DNA from: Candidatus Altiarchaeota archaeon
GTDB lineage: Archaea; Altiarchaeota; Altiarchaeia; IMC4; SCGC-AAA252-I15
Length of the DNA stretch: 64,000 nucleotides
Assembly (NCBI GenBank): GCA_043800255.1
Contig: JAZDNF010000013.1
Span: forward strand, 32,001 to 96,000
Reading direction: 5' to 3'
The translations under genes and the position numbers were made by a program. The notes beneath the pieces were generated by a model. The model worked only from the letters and a program-made list of their open reading frames with translations. It was not told the DNA's origin and ran no database searches. Below, one piece after another: positions 1 through 9,103 of this stretch. The number at the start of each line of letters is the position of its first letter. Positions within the stretch are counted from its first letter, which is position 1.

Positions 1-2
1 CA

Positions 3-515
3 GCCAAGGACACCCTCTCAAACCTTCTTGGGGGGTTTTTCATAATGGCGGACCGCCCTTTTGTGATAGGGGACAGGATACAGGTCGGCAGCAACATTGG
101 AGAGGTTATCGACGTCGGCCTGAGGACCACGAAGATTGAAACGCTTGAGCATACGATAGTCATAATACCCAACTCTGAAATCGTCATGCGGGAGGTCACA
201 AACTACTCCCTCCCTGATGTAAGAATCATAGTCAAACACCGTATTGGAGTCGCCTACGGCTCAGATCCCGAGAAGGTTAAGCGGATTCTGACCGAGATTG
301 CAAGAAGCTGCAAGGTCCTGCCGGAACCTGAGCCGAGAGTCTATTTCACGGAATTCGCAGACTCCTCCCTCAACTTCGACATAGTCTTCTGGGTCGACGA
401 CTTCAGGAAAAAACCCGAAGTCATAGACGAAATCAACACCAAAATAAACAAAAGATTCCAAGAAGAAGGCATCGAAATACCCTACCCAACCAGGACAGTA
501 TATCTGAAAAAATAA
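3..515 (+). CDS. mscS: Small-conductance mechanosensitive channel, C-terminal part (5' truncated by window)
   Basis: Frame open from window start (AKDTLSNLLGGFFIMADRPFVIGDRI); GEVIDVGLRTT, IPNS, GVAYGSD and GIEIPYP motifs. Confidence 0.93.
   Translation, partial: AKDTLSNLLGGFFIMADRPFVIGDRIQVGSNIGEVIDVGLRTTKIETLEHTIVIIPNSEIVMREVTNYSLPDVRIIVKHRIGVAYGSDPEKVKRILTEIARSCKVLPEPEPRVYFTEFADSSLNFDIVFWVDDFRKKPEVIDEINTKINKRFQEEGIEIPYPTRTVYLKK
497..515 (+). repeat. Direct repeat copy 1 (mscS 3' end, AGTATATCTGAAAAAATAA)
   Basis: 17/19 identical to 996-1014. Confidence 0.75.
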
Positions 516-523
516 CAGAACAC

Positions 524-835
524 ATGAAAACATGGGAAAAAGGCGCAATAATAGGAGCACTATGGGGAATAATCACATTGCCAGCATATTTAATCATTGG
601 TTATGTTTTCTGGGAAAAGGATATCCCTGAGATTGTTTCGATTTTTATGGATTTTCTTGCATTTGCTCCATTAATAATTATTGGATTCTTTTTTTCCGAG
701 GTAAGTCTCGCAGCCTTACAACTTCAGAGTAAATTAATCGAAATAATTTTCTATAACACATTAGGTTGGATTTTTTCTGGAATGATAATCTTCTCAATTA
801 TTCAGAAATATAGGACTAAGAGGAATAACAAATGA
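524..835 (+). CDS. Hypothetical membrane protein in AT-rich insert
   Basis: 103 aa, about 3 hydrophobic segments, visibly AT-rich compared with flanks. Confidence 0.7.
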   Translation: MKTWEKGAIIGALWGIITLPAYLIIGYVFWEKDIPEIVSIFMDFLAFAPLIIIGFFFSEVSLAALQLQSKLIEIIFYNTLGWIFSGMIIFSIIQKYRTKRNNK

Positions 836-1014
836 GAAAAGCTAATTTTTTAATTTCAATAATTTTCATAATTTACTTATTAGTTCCCCCGGTTCCTGCA
901 TATAACACATATCTGAAACTGAAGGGGAATACAAATAAGTATCAATTGGATGCCCCAGGGAGGATTAATTCAAGCGATAATAACATTCCAGTTATAGTAT
1001 ATTTGAAAAAATGA
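832..1014 (+). pseudogene. Probable truncated secreted-protein fragment ending in the duplicated mscS tail
   Basis: Signal-peptide-like start; ends in VYLKK like mscS; AT-rich. Confidence 0.4.
996..1014 (+). repeat. Direct repeat copy 2 (AGTATATTTGAAAAAATGA), overlapping the ribL start
   Basis: 17/19 identical to 497-515. Confidence 0.75.
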
Positions 1015-1433
1015 CGACTGTTGTTGCGACTGGGGTTTTTGAGCTGATTCATCCGGGGCATATTCTGTTTCTGGAGGAGGCCAAAAAGCTGGGGGATCGG
1101 CTTGTTGTCATAGTGGCGTCTGACAGGAAGGCTGCTGAGAAGAGGAGGTTGGTGATACCTGCCGAACAGCGGCTGCATGTTGTTAGGTCATTGAAGCCTG
1201 TTGACGATGCGATAGTGGGAGACAGCGAGGACATGTTTAAGCCAATCCTCAGGTTGAAGCCTGATATTATCGCATTGGGTAGGGATCAGAAGTTCGACGA
1301 TGATGAGCTGAGGAGGATGCTTGCGGAGAGGGGGTTAAATGTGAAAGTGGTGAGGATAAGAGAGTACTGGGACAAGCCGCTGCACGCGTCTAAGAAGATA
1401 ATAGAAGAATTCAGAAAGCATCAGACAGCCTGA
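1011..1433 (+). CDS. ribL: Archaeal FAD synthase (cytidylyltransferase family)
   Basis: ATGVFELIHPGH (HxGH), KPVDDAIVG, PDIIALGRDQ. Confidence 0.88.
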   Translation: MTTVVATGVFELIHPGHILFLEEAKKLGDRLVVIVASDRKAAEKRRLVIPAEQRLHVVRSLKPVDDAIVGDSEDMFKPILRLKPDIIALGRDQKFDDDELRRMLAERGLNVKVVRIREYWDKPLHASKKIIEEFRKHQTA

Positions 1434-1597
1434 GTCTGCCCGGGCTTTTCCCTCTTCTGGTCTCTTGACAGCCTCAGGAGTATGCCGCTCATGCCGGCCT
1501 TCTTCATCTCCTGGAACTCCTTCTCCGAGACCGTGAGCGTTCTAGACCCCTCGATGAAAACGTACTCGCCAGTCTCCTTGTTGTAGTAGAGCTCCAT
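1421..1597 (-). CDS. Small hypothetical protein, 58 aa (absent from ORF track)
   Basis: MELYYNKETGEYVFIEGSRTLTVSEKEFQEMKKAGMSGILLRLSRDQKREKPGQTQAV; starts 6 nt after the nfo stop with host-like codons. Confidence 0.7.
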   Translation of the reverse strand: MELYYNKETGEYVFIEGSRTLTVSEKEFQEMKKAGMSGILLRLSRDQKREKPGQTQAV

Positions 1598-1603
1598 CGT
1601 ATA

Positions 1604-2416
1604 CTATTGCCCCAGCAGGTTTTTAAGCTTTAGCGCGTCCTCCTCAAGATTAGGGGACTCTGAGATTAGCGTCATATCAGGTTTTAGCCGTCTTATCACG
1701 TTGGCCAGCAGCCTGTAATCCGGCTGCCCTGAGCCTATTGGGAGGTGCTTTCTCTCGCCTCCCTTTTCAGTGTACTCTATGCCTGAGAAATGGCAGTGCA
1801 TGTGTTTTTTTCCGAAGGCTGCGCGGTATTTTTCGAATATGCCTTCAAAATCGCTCTCAGTCTTGAGGTTCCCATTGTATCTTGCGTGCATGTGGCTGAA
1901 GTCGACGGCTGGGATGACGCCGTCCAAGCCTCTGCACAATCGTATTAGCTCGTCAAAGGTTCCGAACTGCTTCACCTTGCCTGTGGTCTCAGGCCCCAAC
2001 AGTATAGCATTGCCTTCGCCGTCCAAAATCCTGCGCAGGTCGACTACTGCCTCCCGTATCAGTTCGAACGCCTCCTCAGGAGGCCTGCCGGAGTAGAAGC
2101 CAGGATGGAATACGACGATGCCGGCGCCGGCCGCACGCCCTATCCTCGCCGACTTTAGGATTCTCTTCTTCGACGCCTCTATCTTCTGCTTCTCCTTCGA
2201 GGCCAGGTTTATGAAATAGGGCGCGTGGACTGAGAGCGTGATGTCGTTGTCTGATGCCGCCTTCCTGACGCCGGCAGCAGTCTTCTCTGTCAGGAAAACC
2301 TGCCTCACGAACTCCAACTCCATCGAATTCAGGCCTATTTCCCGCAGGGTCTCGATGCCCTCGACCACGCCGCCCTCGCATCTCAACGGTATGCCGCCGG
2401 TTCCTATGCGTATCAT
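1604..2416 (-). CDS. nfo: Endonuclease IV / AP endonuclease family 2
   Basis: HAPYFINL, FHPG, PETTGK, DFSHMHAR, HCHFSGIEY, ISESP. Confidence 0.9.
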   Translation of the reverse strand: MIRIGTGGIPLRCEGGVVEGIETLREIGLNSMELEFVRQVFLTEKTAAGVRKAASDNDITLSVHAPYFINLASKEKQKIEASKKRILKSARIGRAAGAGIVVFHPGFYSGRPPEEAFELIREAVVDLRRILDGEGNAILLGPETTGKVKQFGTFDELIRLCRGLDGVIPAVDFSHMHARYNGNLKTESDFEGIFEKYRAAFGKKHMHCHFSGIEYTEKGGERKHLPIGSGQPDYRLLANVIRRLKPDMTLISESPNLEEDALKLKNLLGQ

Positions 2417-2448
2417 CTTATAAGAAATATTATTACAAAGTTAATAGG

Positions 2449-3279
2449 ATGGGCAGACGGCCGAAATCAATGAGGGATGCGCTTGAAGGCAGACTGGATG
2501 AGAACGAGTTAGATCTGGTGCCGAGGGCTTTTGACATTATAGGCGACATTGCGGTGCTTGACCTGCCAGATGAGCTTTCAGGCAAGAGGAAGTTGATAGG
2601 TGAGGCGCTCCTTGAAACGTTCACGAACATAAAGGTTGTCGTGAACAAGAAATCCAACGTTGAGACAGAGTACAGGATAAAGGACGTCGAAGCCATAGCA
2701 GGCGAGGATAGGACGGTCACCGTACATAAGGAGTACGGCTGCAGTTACAAACTGGACATCAGCAGAGCATACTTTTCGCCCAGATTGGGGACTGAGCGGA
2801 TGAGGGTCGCGGAGCAGGTGAATGAAGGCGAACGGGTTCTGGTGATGTTCGCAGGCATAGGGCCGTATGCGATACTGATAGCAAAAAAGAGGAAGCCATC
2901 GGAGGTTGTCGCAGTCGAGATCAACCCAGACGCCGTCAGATACATGAGAGAGAACGTGAAACTGAACAAGGTGAATGTGACGATTGTGGAAGGAGACGCC
3001 AGAGAGGAGGTGCCAAAGTTGGGAGAGTTTGACAGGATAATAATGCCGCTGCCGAAGGACGCCCAGGATTTCCTGGATGTTGCGGTGCCTGCAGCCAAAG
3101 ACGGCGGGATTATACACTTTTACAGCTTCGCCCACACTCCGGAAGAGCTGGGAGAGAGGGTTAAAGAAGTCTGCAGCAGTTTGGGATGCAAAGTAGAGGT
3201 GGAAAATTCAGTCCAATGCGGCTCCTACAGCCCCTGCCTTTCAAGAACGTGCGCGGACTTCAGGGTGACAAAAGATTAG
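2449..3279 (+). CDS. trm5: Trm5/Met-10+ family tRNA methyltransferase
   Basis: FDIIGDIA, YFSPRLGTER, MFAGIGPY, EINPDA, RIIMPLP. Confidence 0.88.
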   Translation: MGRRPKSMRDALEGRLDENELDLVPRAFDIIGDIAVLDLPDELSGKRKLIGEALLETFTNIKVVVNKKSNVETEYRIKDVEAIAGEDRTVTVHKEYGCSYKLDISRAYFSPRLGTERMRVAEQVNEGERVLVMFAGIGPYAILIAKKRKPSEVVAVEINPDAVRYMRENVKLNKVNVTIVEGDAREEVPKLGEFDRIIMPLPKDAQDFLDVAVPAAKDGGIIHFYSFAHTPEELGERVKEVCSSLGCKVEVENSVQCGSYSPCLSRTCADFRVTKD

Positions 3280-4532
3280 ACTATGACGCCTCGCAGGTCA
3301 TAGTATGTGCAGTCGGTTATTCTGACTTTGACTTCTCGGCCAAGCATGTTTTCTGCTGGCTCCAGTATTATGGGCTTGTAGGCGTGGTTTCTGGCGGTGT
3401 AGGTTCCGTCAGGATTCGCCTCAGAGACCAGCGCACCTCCACCCCATCCAACCCATCTGCGGTTCTCCTCAAGGCCTATATTAGAGAACAGCCTGCTCAT
3501 CCTCCTGGAACGCTCCTTCGTGACCCTGCCAGGATGCTGGTCCAGTGATGCTGCTCTCGTGCCAGGTCTCGGCCAGAACCGCGACACATTCAGCACAGCA
3601 GGCCTGACCTGTCTTATAAGGCTTAATGTAAGTTTGAAATCCCTGTCAGTCTCATTCGGGTAGCCGCAGATGACGTCAGTCGAAAGCGTAATGTCAGGGA
3701 TGCTCTCTCTGATGCGGGAGGTTAAACCTATGAAATCCTCTGCAGAGTATTTCCTGCCCATATCTCTCAATACGTTGTCGCTGCCGCTCTGCACCGGGAT
3801 GTGAGCGAACTTGTAAATCTTATCGTTCCCGTATGCTGTCATAAGTTCGTCCAAGAAGCTCAGAGCATGATCAGGGTTCATCATGCCAACCCGAATCTTG
3901 AAGCCGCCGTCTACATCGCATACGCTATGGAGGAGCTCAGGCAGGCTGCATCCGATGTCAGCCCCGTATGCTCCGGTGTCCTGCGCCGTGAGCCAGAACT
4001 CTCTGACGCCCCTGAGCACGCCATCCTCTATCCGCTCCACTATGGAATCAGCATCATACGACCTCAGTTTGCCCCTAGCCCGTTTGGTAATACAGTAGGA
4101 GCACCCGCCCAGACAGCCCTCTGCTATGGGCACAATATCTATGAACTGGCTGTCAGATGCGCGCGGGGCTGAGAATTTGTCAGAGCCTACGTCGATTTTC
4201 ACGAACCTGGCTCCGGCTTCAACAGTCCTGACAGCGTCGCGTATGTCTGAGACGTTTGTGCCGATGAACGAGAACCTTGGGAACCGGTCAACAATCGACT
4301 GGTCGGCGGCAGGCAGGCAGCCTGCCACAATGACCTTGCAGCCGTCTCCTGACAGCGCCTCCAGACGCCTAATGATTTTATGCTCTGTGGGAGTCTTTAC
4401 CGTGCAGGTGTTTATTATCCTCAGCTCGGCATCCTCGCTGAGGGTATAACCCATCTCCTGCATCAATCCTGAGATTATGTGAGAGTCTGACTGGTTCAGA
4501 GCGCAACCGTAGGTCTCTAAGGCATAATCCAT
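3276..4532 (-). CDS. tRNA t6A37 methylthiotransferase (archaeal MtaB/MiaB-like radical SAM)
   Basis: ETYGCALN, NTCTVK, AGC, CLGGCSYC, C-terminal TRAM domain. Confidence 0.92.
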   Translation of the reverse strand: MDYALETYGCALNQSDSHIISGLMQEMGYTLSEDAELRIINTCTVKTPTEHKIIRRLEALSGDGCKVIVAGCLPAADQSIVDRFPRFSFIGTNVSDIRDAVRTVEAGARFVKIDVGSDKFSAPRASDSQFIDIVPIAEGCLGGCSYCITKRARGKLRSYDADSIVERIEDGVLRGVREFWLTAQDTGAYGADIGCSLPELLHSVCDVDGGFKIRVGMMNPDHALSFLDELMTAYGNDKIYKFAHIPVQSGSDNVLRDMGRKYSAEDFIGLTSRIRESIPDITLSTDVICGYPNETDRDFKLTLSLIRQVRPAVLNVSRFWPRPGTRAASLDQHPGRVTKERSRRMSRLFSNIGLEENRRWVGWGGGALVSEANPDGTYTARNHAYKPIILEPAENMLGREVKVRITDCTYYDLRGVIV

Positions 4533-4565
4533 CGTGGTTTTAAGACTAGGGGAAAAATAGTTAAT

Positions 4566-5108
4566 ATGCGGCTGAAGTTCGCCATCCTCGCGGTTCTGGT
4601 CCTCCTGAGCGGCTGCCTGGGCAGGGAGCAGGCCACAGTCACAAAATACGTGTGCGCAGACGGCAGCGTCGTCCTAAACCCTAGAGAATGCATAATCGTG
4701 GAGAAACCTGCAACAGTGAAAGTCTACGTCTGCCCTGACGGCAGAACCGAGAACAGTGTCGAAGACTGCCCAACAACTTCTACAGTCACTTCAACGCTAT
4801 GCGAACCCTGCTTGCAGGAGACTTGCGGAAAGGAAGTTCAGGATAGTATCAGCTCCACATCAACAACGTCGGTTAAACCTTCAACAACATTGGAAACGTC
4901 CACAATCGAGGAGGTCTCCGAGGCAGAAAACGCCTGCATCAGCTTAGGCTGTGATGCGGATACGGCATACGTCGGCAGCAAGAATTCGGACAAGTATCAT
5001 CCGTGCGACTGCCGTTACGCCAAGAGGATAAACCTGGAGAACATAGTCTGCTTCAGCTCTGCAGATGATGCCGCAGAGAGGGGTTACACGCCAAGCACCG
5101 GCTGCTAA
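4566..5108 (+). CDS. Lipoprotein with two YVCxDG repeats, Thr/Ser linker and Ada-type metal-binding C-terminus
   Basis: Lipobox LLSGC; YVGSKNSDKYHPCDCRYAKRI...F.S...A..RGY.P..C. Confidence 0.75.
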   Translation: MRLKFAILAVLVLLSGCLGREQATVTKYVCADGSVVLNPRECIIVEKPATVKVYVCPDGRTENSVEDCPTTSTVTSTLCEPCLQETCGKEVQDSISSTSTTSVKPSTTLETSTIEEVSEAENACISLGCDADTAYVGSKNSDKYHPCDCRYAKRINLENIVCFSSADDAAERGYTPSTGC

Positions 5109-5157
5109 GGCTATTTTTAACCAGAAATTAATATGTTAAAAACATTCGAGGTGAACC

Positions 5158-5415
5158 ATGAACCAAGATGAGAAGGAGAGGAGGATTTTTGAACTGCAAC
5201 TTGAAAAGGTCAAGCTACAGCATAAGTTCGCGAAAGACGGCTTTCTGATGATATTCTTCATGCTGTTTGTCGGGGGGCTTTTTGTGTCAACAAAATTATC
5301 GTATCTCCCGATACTGATGGTAGTGCTCATAGGGCTTTTTGTGGCAATACTGGCCCTCGTTGCGATACCAAGAGTGCTGTCGCACGAGCTTGACAAGCTG
5401 ATGCCGAAGGAGTAG
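5158..5415 (+). CDS. Small two-TM membrane protein
   Basis: 85 aa with GAGGTGA SD upstream and two hydrophobic helices. Confidence 0.7.
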   Translation: MNQDEKERRIFELQLEKVKLQHKFAKDGFLMIFFMLFVGGLFVSTKLSYLPILMVVLIGLFVAILALVAIPRVLSHELDKLMPKE

Positions 5416-5441
5416 GGAGTCAAAAACTCCTCTCCTGTTTT

Positions 5442-6845
5442 CTAACCTCGGAGGGCATTAAGATGCCCTACACTTTTTCTTATGTGACCCTCTGACGCGA
5501 TGTCGCCCCTGTTCCAGAGTCCGCCACCTTTGATTGCGTTGACACCGTTAAGCGACATAGTCCTGGCCTCTTCTATGTCCGCGCCGAAGCCAACGCAGGC
5601 AACAGCTCTCGAGCCTAATGCGTATGCTTTTCCGTCGCGCAATTCCATCGACCCAGGATAGAGCCTGAAATTGCGGCCGTCCCTCACAAGGCCTGCTGCA
5701 GAGGCCAGTTCGACCGGCTTCCCAACCTCGTCCCTGAGAACCCTGCTGGGGTACGTTTTATCGTATCCTCCGTAGGATGGCGGCACCTTGTAGGTGACGA
5801 CCGACGCCTTCTTCTCGAAATCGATTTTCTTCAATTTTCCCTCGATCATGTTATAGCATACGTCAACGAAGTCGTCCTTGATGAGGGGGACGATGTTCAT
5901 TGCCTCAGGGTCTCCCAGTCGCGAGTTTATCTCCAGTATCTTCTGGCCTTCCCTGCCGTGCATGAAAGCCAAATAGAAAGGTATGCCCCTCAGGCCGGGG
6001 TTGGCAGTCTTGCCTCTGACTTTATTGAAAATCTTCTCAGCGTACTTTACCTCAGACTCCCTGTCAGATTTGCTCATGAACGGAAGACGATCCTCGTAGC
6101 TCTTGTAGGAGCCCATGCCGCCGGTGTTCGGCCCCCGGTCGCCGTCAAAAGCCCGCTTATAGTCTCTGACATCTGGTGCCGGCACAAGGTGCTTCCCGTC
6201 GGAAAAGCACTGTAAGCTGGACTCCTCCCCCGCAATCTTCTCCTCGACAAGCACTGTGCCGCCCTCGAAGTTGGACATGAAATGCTCGTAGACTTCCTCT
6301 CTGGTTTTGAAGTGGTCTCCCCAGACTCCGACGCCCTTCCCGTATCCTGGAAGGTCTGGTTTGACAGCCACCTGGTTCTCGAGCTCGTCAAGCCACCCAT
6401 AGAGGTCCTTTTTCACGTCCTCCTTGGAGCCGTAATCTGCCGGCCTGAAAACCTTGAACCTGGGGTTGGCTTCCGGCGCACAGTCTGCCATCATCTCCCT
6501 CTGGAGGACCTTCGACTCCTCGTAGGCGTATTCTTTGGTGGGGCATATGACTGGAATGCCGGTCTCAGCCTCGACCTCGTCTCTTACGCCGTTGACTATG
6601 GGGCCCTCAGGGCCTATGAAACCGAAGTCTATCTTCTCCTTGTACTGGCCTACGAAGTCGGTGATTGAGGGAACGTCCAGCTTCGGGATGACCTTATGTA
6701 CTTCAGCCCTCTCGACGTTGAAGGGGTTCTTCTGCTTGTCAGCTATGTACAGTCTGACGTTGTGGCCGCTCCTCTTGAGGGCGTCCACAATGCAAGCCCC
6801 CCTTGAACCGTAGGTTACGACGAAAACTCCCACTTCAGCCATCAT
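5442..6845 (-). CDS. purD: Phosphoribosylamine-glycine ligase
   Basis: GPEGP, GKGV, DYKRAFDGDRGPNTGGMGS, EINSRLGDPE. Confidence 0.95.
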   Translation of the reverse strand: MMAEVGVFVVTYGSRGACIVDALKRSGHNVRLYIADKQKNPFNVERAEVHKVIPKLDVPSITDFVGQYKEKIDFGFIGPEGPIVNGVRDEVEAETGIPVICPTKEYAYEESKVLQREMMADCAPEANPRFKVFRPADYGSKEDVKKDLYGWLDELENQVAVKPDLPGYGKGVGVWGDHFKTREEVYEHFMSNFEGGTVLVEEKIAGEESSLQCFSDGKHLVPAPDVRDYKRAFDGDRGPNTGGMGSYKSYEDRLPFMSKSDRESEVKYAEKIFNKVRGKTANPGLRGIPFYLAFMHGREGQKILEINSRLGDPEAMNIVPLIKDDFVDVCYNMIEGKLKKIDFEKKASVVTYKVPPSYGGYDKTYPSRVLRDEVGKPVELASAAGLVRDGRNFRLYPGSMELRDGKAYALGSRAVACVGFGADIEEARTMSLNGVNAIKGGGLWNRGDIASEGHIRKSVGHLNALRG

Positions 6846-6923
6846 ATCACCTCAACCAGAAACATAATCTTGTGTCAGAATAATTTGAAGGAGCACTTAA
6901 AAGTTAACGCACCATAATTAACG

Positions 6924-7970
6924 ATGACCATATTGTCTGACGATATCGGGAGCTTCCCGCCGCCTGCAGGTTTCACGCGTGAGGATGCAAGCCGGCTGGC
7001 CGACAGGATTGTGACCGGCAAGGCTTCAGAGGATGAGAAGGCGAGATTCAACAGGACAGTGGTTGAGCTGATGGACGCGAAAGTCTCAGCCGGCATAGAG
7101 GCTCCGAACTACCCGCAGCTGAGAGACATGATAGAGTCCTTCTACGCGTTGATTGAGAACCACTCCGAACCTGAGGAGCCTTTCGTCATATTGAAGGAGA
7201 ATGCTGTGATGCCTGAAGTCGACGCGGTCGGGGAGTACGCCAGGAGGCATTACGAAGAGGTGGGAGAGCCGCTGAACCTAAGAGTCTGCGTCACAGGGCC
7301 TATCGACCTGTACGTGAGGAAGATAAGCACGCAGGTGGACGGCGACCTGTTGAAAAACCTGGGAAAGAGCGTCGGCCGGTTCCTGGAGAACGCGAGATTG
7401 GATGAGAAGCACGTAAAGACCAGAGTCGTCAGCATAGACGAGCCCTCATTAGGCTTGAACCCTAACATCATAGTAGAGCAGGAAGACCTCATAGAGGCCT
7501 GGAATCTCGCGACAGATGCTGTGAAAGACCTTGACGTTCAAGTGCACCTCCACTCTAGCGCGGAGGCTGAGACGGTCTACCAGACGGACAGCATAAGGAT
7601 TATCGGGGTCGAATCTGCCGAAGACCCGGACAACCTGAAAGGGTTCGAGAAAAAAGACCTTGACAGCTATGACAGGTTTCTAAGAGTCGGAGTGTCAAGG
7701 TCCAACATCACTGGAATGATAGCAGACTACGAGAAGCAGACGGGCGTGAACGCAACTGGCAGGGAGGCACTCTTAAAGCTGGTCGACACTATGGAAGACC
7801 CTATCACCATAAGAGGGCGGCTCGAGAAAGCCTACAACATCTTCGGCGACAGGATAAAGTATGCCGGCCCGGACTGCGGCCTGGGACTGTGGCCTGACAT
7901 CAATGCGGCGGCAAGGCTGCTGGAGAACACCGCCAAATCCATAGCAGAGTTTAATAAGAACGGAGGATAA
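6924..7970 (+). CDS. Cobalamin-independent methionine synthase core-type (MetE-like) protein
   Basis: DDIGSFP, NYPQ, TGP, IDEP, VHLH, GPDCGLG. Confidence 0.82.
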   Translation: MTILSDDIGSFPPPAGFTREDASRLADRIVTGKASEDEKARFNRTVVELMDAKVSAGIEAPNYPQLRDMIESFYALIENHSEPEEPFVILKENAVMPEVDAVGEYARRHYEEVGEPLNLRVCVTGPIDLYVRKISTQVDGDLLKNLGKSVGRFLENARLDEKHVKTRVVSIDEPSLGLNPNIIVEQEDLIEAWNLATDAVKDLDVQVHLHSSAEAETVYQTDSIRIIGVESAEDPDNLKGFEKKDLDSYDRFLRVGVSRSNITGMIADYEKQTGVNATGREALLKLVDTMEDPITIRGRLEKAYNIFGDRIKYAGPDCGLGLWPDINAAARLLENTAKSIAEFNKNGG

Positions 7971-7980
7971 ATCCTTTAAG

Positions 7981-8565
7981 ATGAGAGAGGCAAAAGCCAG
8001 GAGGAAGACTAAGGAGACCGACGTCGAAATCCAGCTCAACATAGACGGGACCGGCAAATCCGAAGTGAAAGTCCCGCTTAAGTTTCTCTCGCACATGCTC
8101 GACTCCTTCTCAAAGCACTCAGGCTTCGACCTCAAGATTAAGGCCAAAGGCGACCTCGAGATTGACGACCACCATCTCGTTGAGGACGTCGGGATAACGC
8201 TGGGGGAGGCGCTGAACAAGGCGCTGGGAGATAAGAAAGGCATAACCCGGATGGCCTACTCCATCGTTCCGATGGAGGACTCAAAAGCTGAGGTGTCAGT
8301 CGACCTGAGCGGCAGGCCGTACGCCAAAATCGAGCTACCGTTCTCGGAGTTCCAGGACAGAAGAGTTGGAGACACTAGCAAGGAGAACATCGTCCACTTC
8401 TTGGAATCCTTCGCATTGAACGGAAAATTCAACCTGAACATAAAAGTCGAAGGCAGAAACGACCATCACAAGGTGGAATCCTGCTTCAAGGCGCTTGCCA
8501 ATGCATTGAAAGAGGCTGTAAAGATTACTGGGAAAGGCATACCCTCAACAAAGGGCGTTATCTGA
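7981..8565 (+). CDS. hisB: Imidazoleglycerol-phosphate dehydratase
   Basis: RKTKET, DDHHLVED, NDHHKVE, IPSTKG. Confidence 0.96.
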   Translation: MREAKARRKTKETDVEIQLNIDGTGKSEVKVPLKFLSHMLDSFSKHSGFDLKIKAKGDLEIDDHHLVEDVGITLGEALNKALGDKKGITRMAYSIVPMEDSKAEVSVDLSGRPYAKIELPFSEFQDRRVGDTSKENIVHFLESFALNGKFNLNIKVEGRNDHHKVESCFKALANALKEAVKITGKGIPSTKGVI

Positions 8566-9088
8566 GCAACTCGGCAGTCGGTTTCATGCCGTTTATTCTG
8601 GCAAACGTTGACATGACCTTCACCAGACTGTCGATTTTGCCGTAATCAACAACTGCCTCATCAATGCCTGATCTCTCACAGCTCATGAGCAGGTTGGTCA
8701 CTGCCAGCTGGTGGGTGCTGTTTTCGCCTGACGTCATCTCAAAAGCAGGGTATTCGCCGTGCAGGTTAGCCTCCCCAGCCGCCATAATCTGACGCAGACG
8801 CTCATCAGCCCATCGGGTCCTTAGAGTTGAGGCACAATGCTCGATATTCCGGAGGTGGGCTTTCGCTTTCTTGGGCCCGAAAAGTTCGACAAATGCCTTG
8901 CTTTCGCCAGGAGAGAACATGCCCTTAGCCTCAAGGACGGCGCCCATCGTGTCAAAAACAGAGGTTTTTCTTGCTGGCTTAAGGTCAGGCAGTTCGGTGA
9001 ACATGACCTTAGGTTCAACCGCCTGATGCTCGCCCTTGGATCTGCTTGCGGGTTTAATGCCGCTCACGATTAATATTGGCCAATACAA
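8558..9088 (-). CDS. Hypothetical protein (start uncertain)
   Basis: Longest ORF filling the hisB-rbcL gap; no motif recognised. Confidence 0.5.
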   Translation of the reverse strand: MYWPILIVSGIKPASRSKGEHQAVEPKVMFTELPDLKPARKTSVFDTMGAVLEAKGMFSPGESKAFVELFGPKKAKAHLRNIEHCASTLRTRWADERLRQIMAAGEANLHGEYPAFEMTSGENSTHQLAVTNLLMSCERSGIDEAVVDYGKIDSLVKVMSTFARINGMKPTAELLR

Positions 9089-9103
9089 TTAATTAACCTT
9101 AGA

